A stretch of DNA of 64,000 nt from Octopus sinensis. Its lineage: Eukaryota. A program made the translations under genes and the position numbers. The DNA lies in NCBI RefSeq assembly GCF_006345805.1, contig NC_043022.1, positions 9,548,001 to 9,612,000 of the forward strand, given 5' to 3'. The notes under the pieces are model-generated. The model made no database searches. It was not told where the DNA came from and saw only the letters and a list, made by a program, of their open reading frames with translations. Of the stretch, positions 62,275 to 64,000 are shown one piece after another. The number at the start of each line of letters is the position of its first letter. The stretch's first letter is position 1.

Positions 62275-63245
62275 GGCGCAGACGTGGCCGTGTGGTAAAA
62301 GGCTTGCTTCCCAATCATATAATTCCGGGTTCAGTCCCACTGTGTGAAACCTTGGGCAAGTATCTTCTACTATAGCCTCGAGCTGACCTGAGCCTTGTGA
62401 ATGGATTTGGTAGACAGAAACTGAACAAAGGCCATCGTATATATGTGTGTGTGTGTGTATCTTTGTATCTGAGTCTGGATGTCCTTCCTAACACCAACCA
62501 CCCCACAGAGTAGACTGAGTGCTTTTTGCATGGCACCAGGATAGGTGAGGTCAGTTTTGGTAAGGTTTTTTTACAGCTGGATGCCCTTTGAAATGCCAAC
62601 CATTTTGCAATGTGGACTAGATGCCTTTTATGTGGCATCAGCATTGGCAGGGTCACCGAATAACTAGCAATATGTGGAAGCTTTGAGAGGGGAGAGGGCA
62701 TTGGAAGTGGTGATCAGCATTGTGTCAGCTGGTAAAAATGAGTAATCCTATGGTAGTCTGGCATCCGATCCAGGGAGGAATGTATACATCAGAGAAACTG
62801 GGAAACCAGCACTATGCTCCTTACGGTGTAATGGAGACTAACCATGTATAGACACACACACACATACACCTGTATATATACACAAAGGCTTCCACACAGT
62901 TTCCATCTGCCAGGTTCACTTACAAAGCATTGGTTGACCCAGAACTATAGCAGAAGACCCTTACTGGTAGTACTGTGCAATAGGACTGAACCCAAAGCTA
63001 CATGGTTGCAAAGCAAGCTTTTTTACCACATGGCTGTGTCTGAATGGAGAGAGATTTGGCTTCTGTTTCTAGCTAGTTGGACACCAATCACACAGACACT
63101 TCCTTGTCCAAATTCCGCTGAGGTCAGCTTTGCTTTTCATCCTTTCGAGGCCAATAAATTAAGTATCAGTGAAACACTGGGGTCGATGTAATTGACTAGC
63201 CCACTTCCACAAAATTTCAGCCCTTGTGCCTATAGTAGAAAGGAT
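62275..63245. mobile_element. Cluster of fragments: A (+, 62275-62470), C (62475-62700), E-like, A (-, 62850-63040), B (+, 63105-63245)
   Basis: Each matches a family defined elsewhere in the window. Confidence 0.7.
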
Positions 63246-63374
63246 TATTATTGTTATCATCATCATCATTATTATTATTATTATTACTTTTTTTTTTCTT
63301 CTTTCAAATTTGCTTCCATTTCTTGCCGAGTGTCTTCCCGACTCCTAGGGCAAAGAAACTCATAGTATACAATG

Positions 63375-63423
<49 letters not shown>

Positions 63424-64000
63424 GAAATAATAATAATAATTATTATTGTTACTCTGTCCTTATGTTCTGAGTTCAAATTCCACTGAGGCTGACTTTTCCT
63501 ATCATCTTTTCGTCCAATAAAATAAGTACCAGTTATGCTCTGGAGCTAACGTAATCGACTAGCCACCTCCCCCAAAGTTTCAGTTGAAAATTTTTTATTA
63601 TTATTATTATTATTATTATTGAGTATTTATTTATCTTGTGTTAGTTTTATTGTTGCTATATTTACACTTTAGATAATTCAATTTGACACTGATTCAATAA
63701 AGTTAGAAATTAATTTGAGTTTCATAAGATGCTAAGTTAATTTTTAATAATTAATTAATTATTTTATTGAATTAATTAATTGAATTACAGTATAAAACAA
63801 AACACATAACTAGACATTTTGAGTTTGATTGTCATATATACTGTAATTCTGACTGTTTTAATTAGATCACAGTCATAATGAATGGACATTAATGACTTCA
63901 TGTTTCAATAGCTTTTGTAAGTGCAGGCAGGACTGTGTGGTTGAGAAGCTCATCTCGCAGTCACCTGGTTTTAGGTTCAATCCCACTGCATGACATATGT

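Overview
AT-rich, intron-like or intergenic animal DNA built almost entirely from microsatellites and transposon debris. The tRNA-headed SINE families and extreme (TA)n/(TCTA)n content look like an octopus (cephalopod) genome; this is recognition from memory, not a database search. No host protein-coding gene could be supported: the long ORFs in the track are microsatellite translations or decayed retrotransposon/transposase pieces. Content: three or four tRNA-derived SINE families (A, B, D, E here), many 3' ends of an RTE-clade LINE, an RLE-type non-LTR relic, and piggyBac-, hAT-, Tc1/pogo- and Helentron-like non-autonomous elements, often nested. Most notable: (1) two copies of a ~205-bp Penelope-like fragment carrying a minimal hammerhead ribozyme that could only fold as a dimer (14.8 and 23.8 kb); (2) a 20 x 103-bp tandem array grown inside one TSD-flanked RTE insertion (37.9-40.1 kb); (3) a three-level nest at 8-9 kb whose removal restores the endonuclease reading frame; (4) opposite-orientation piggyBac MITE insertions at the same TTAA of one SINE family; (5) apparent homology-guided SINE-into-SINE insertions; (6) a CpG-rich zone at about 10.6-13.5 kb that may hold a promoter. 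All alignments and counts were done by eye; SINE boundaries are approximate to roughly 10-20 bp.
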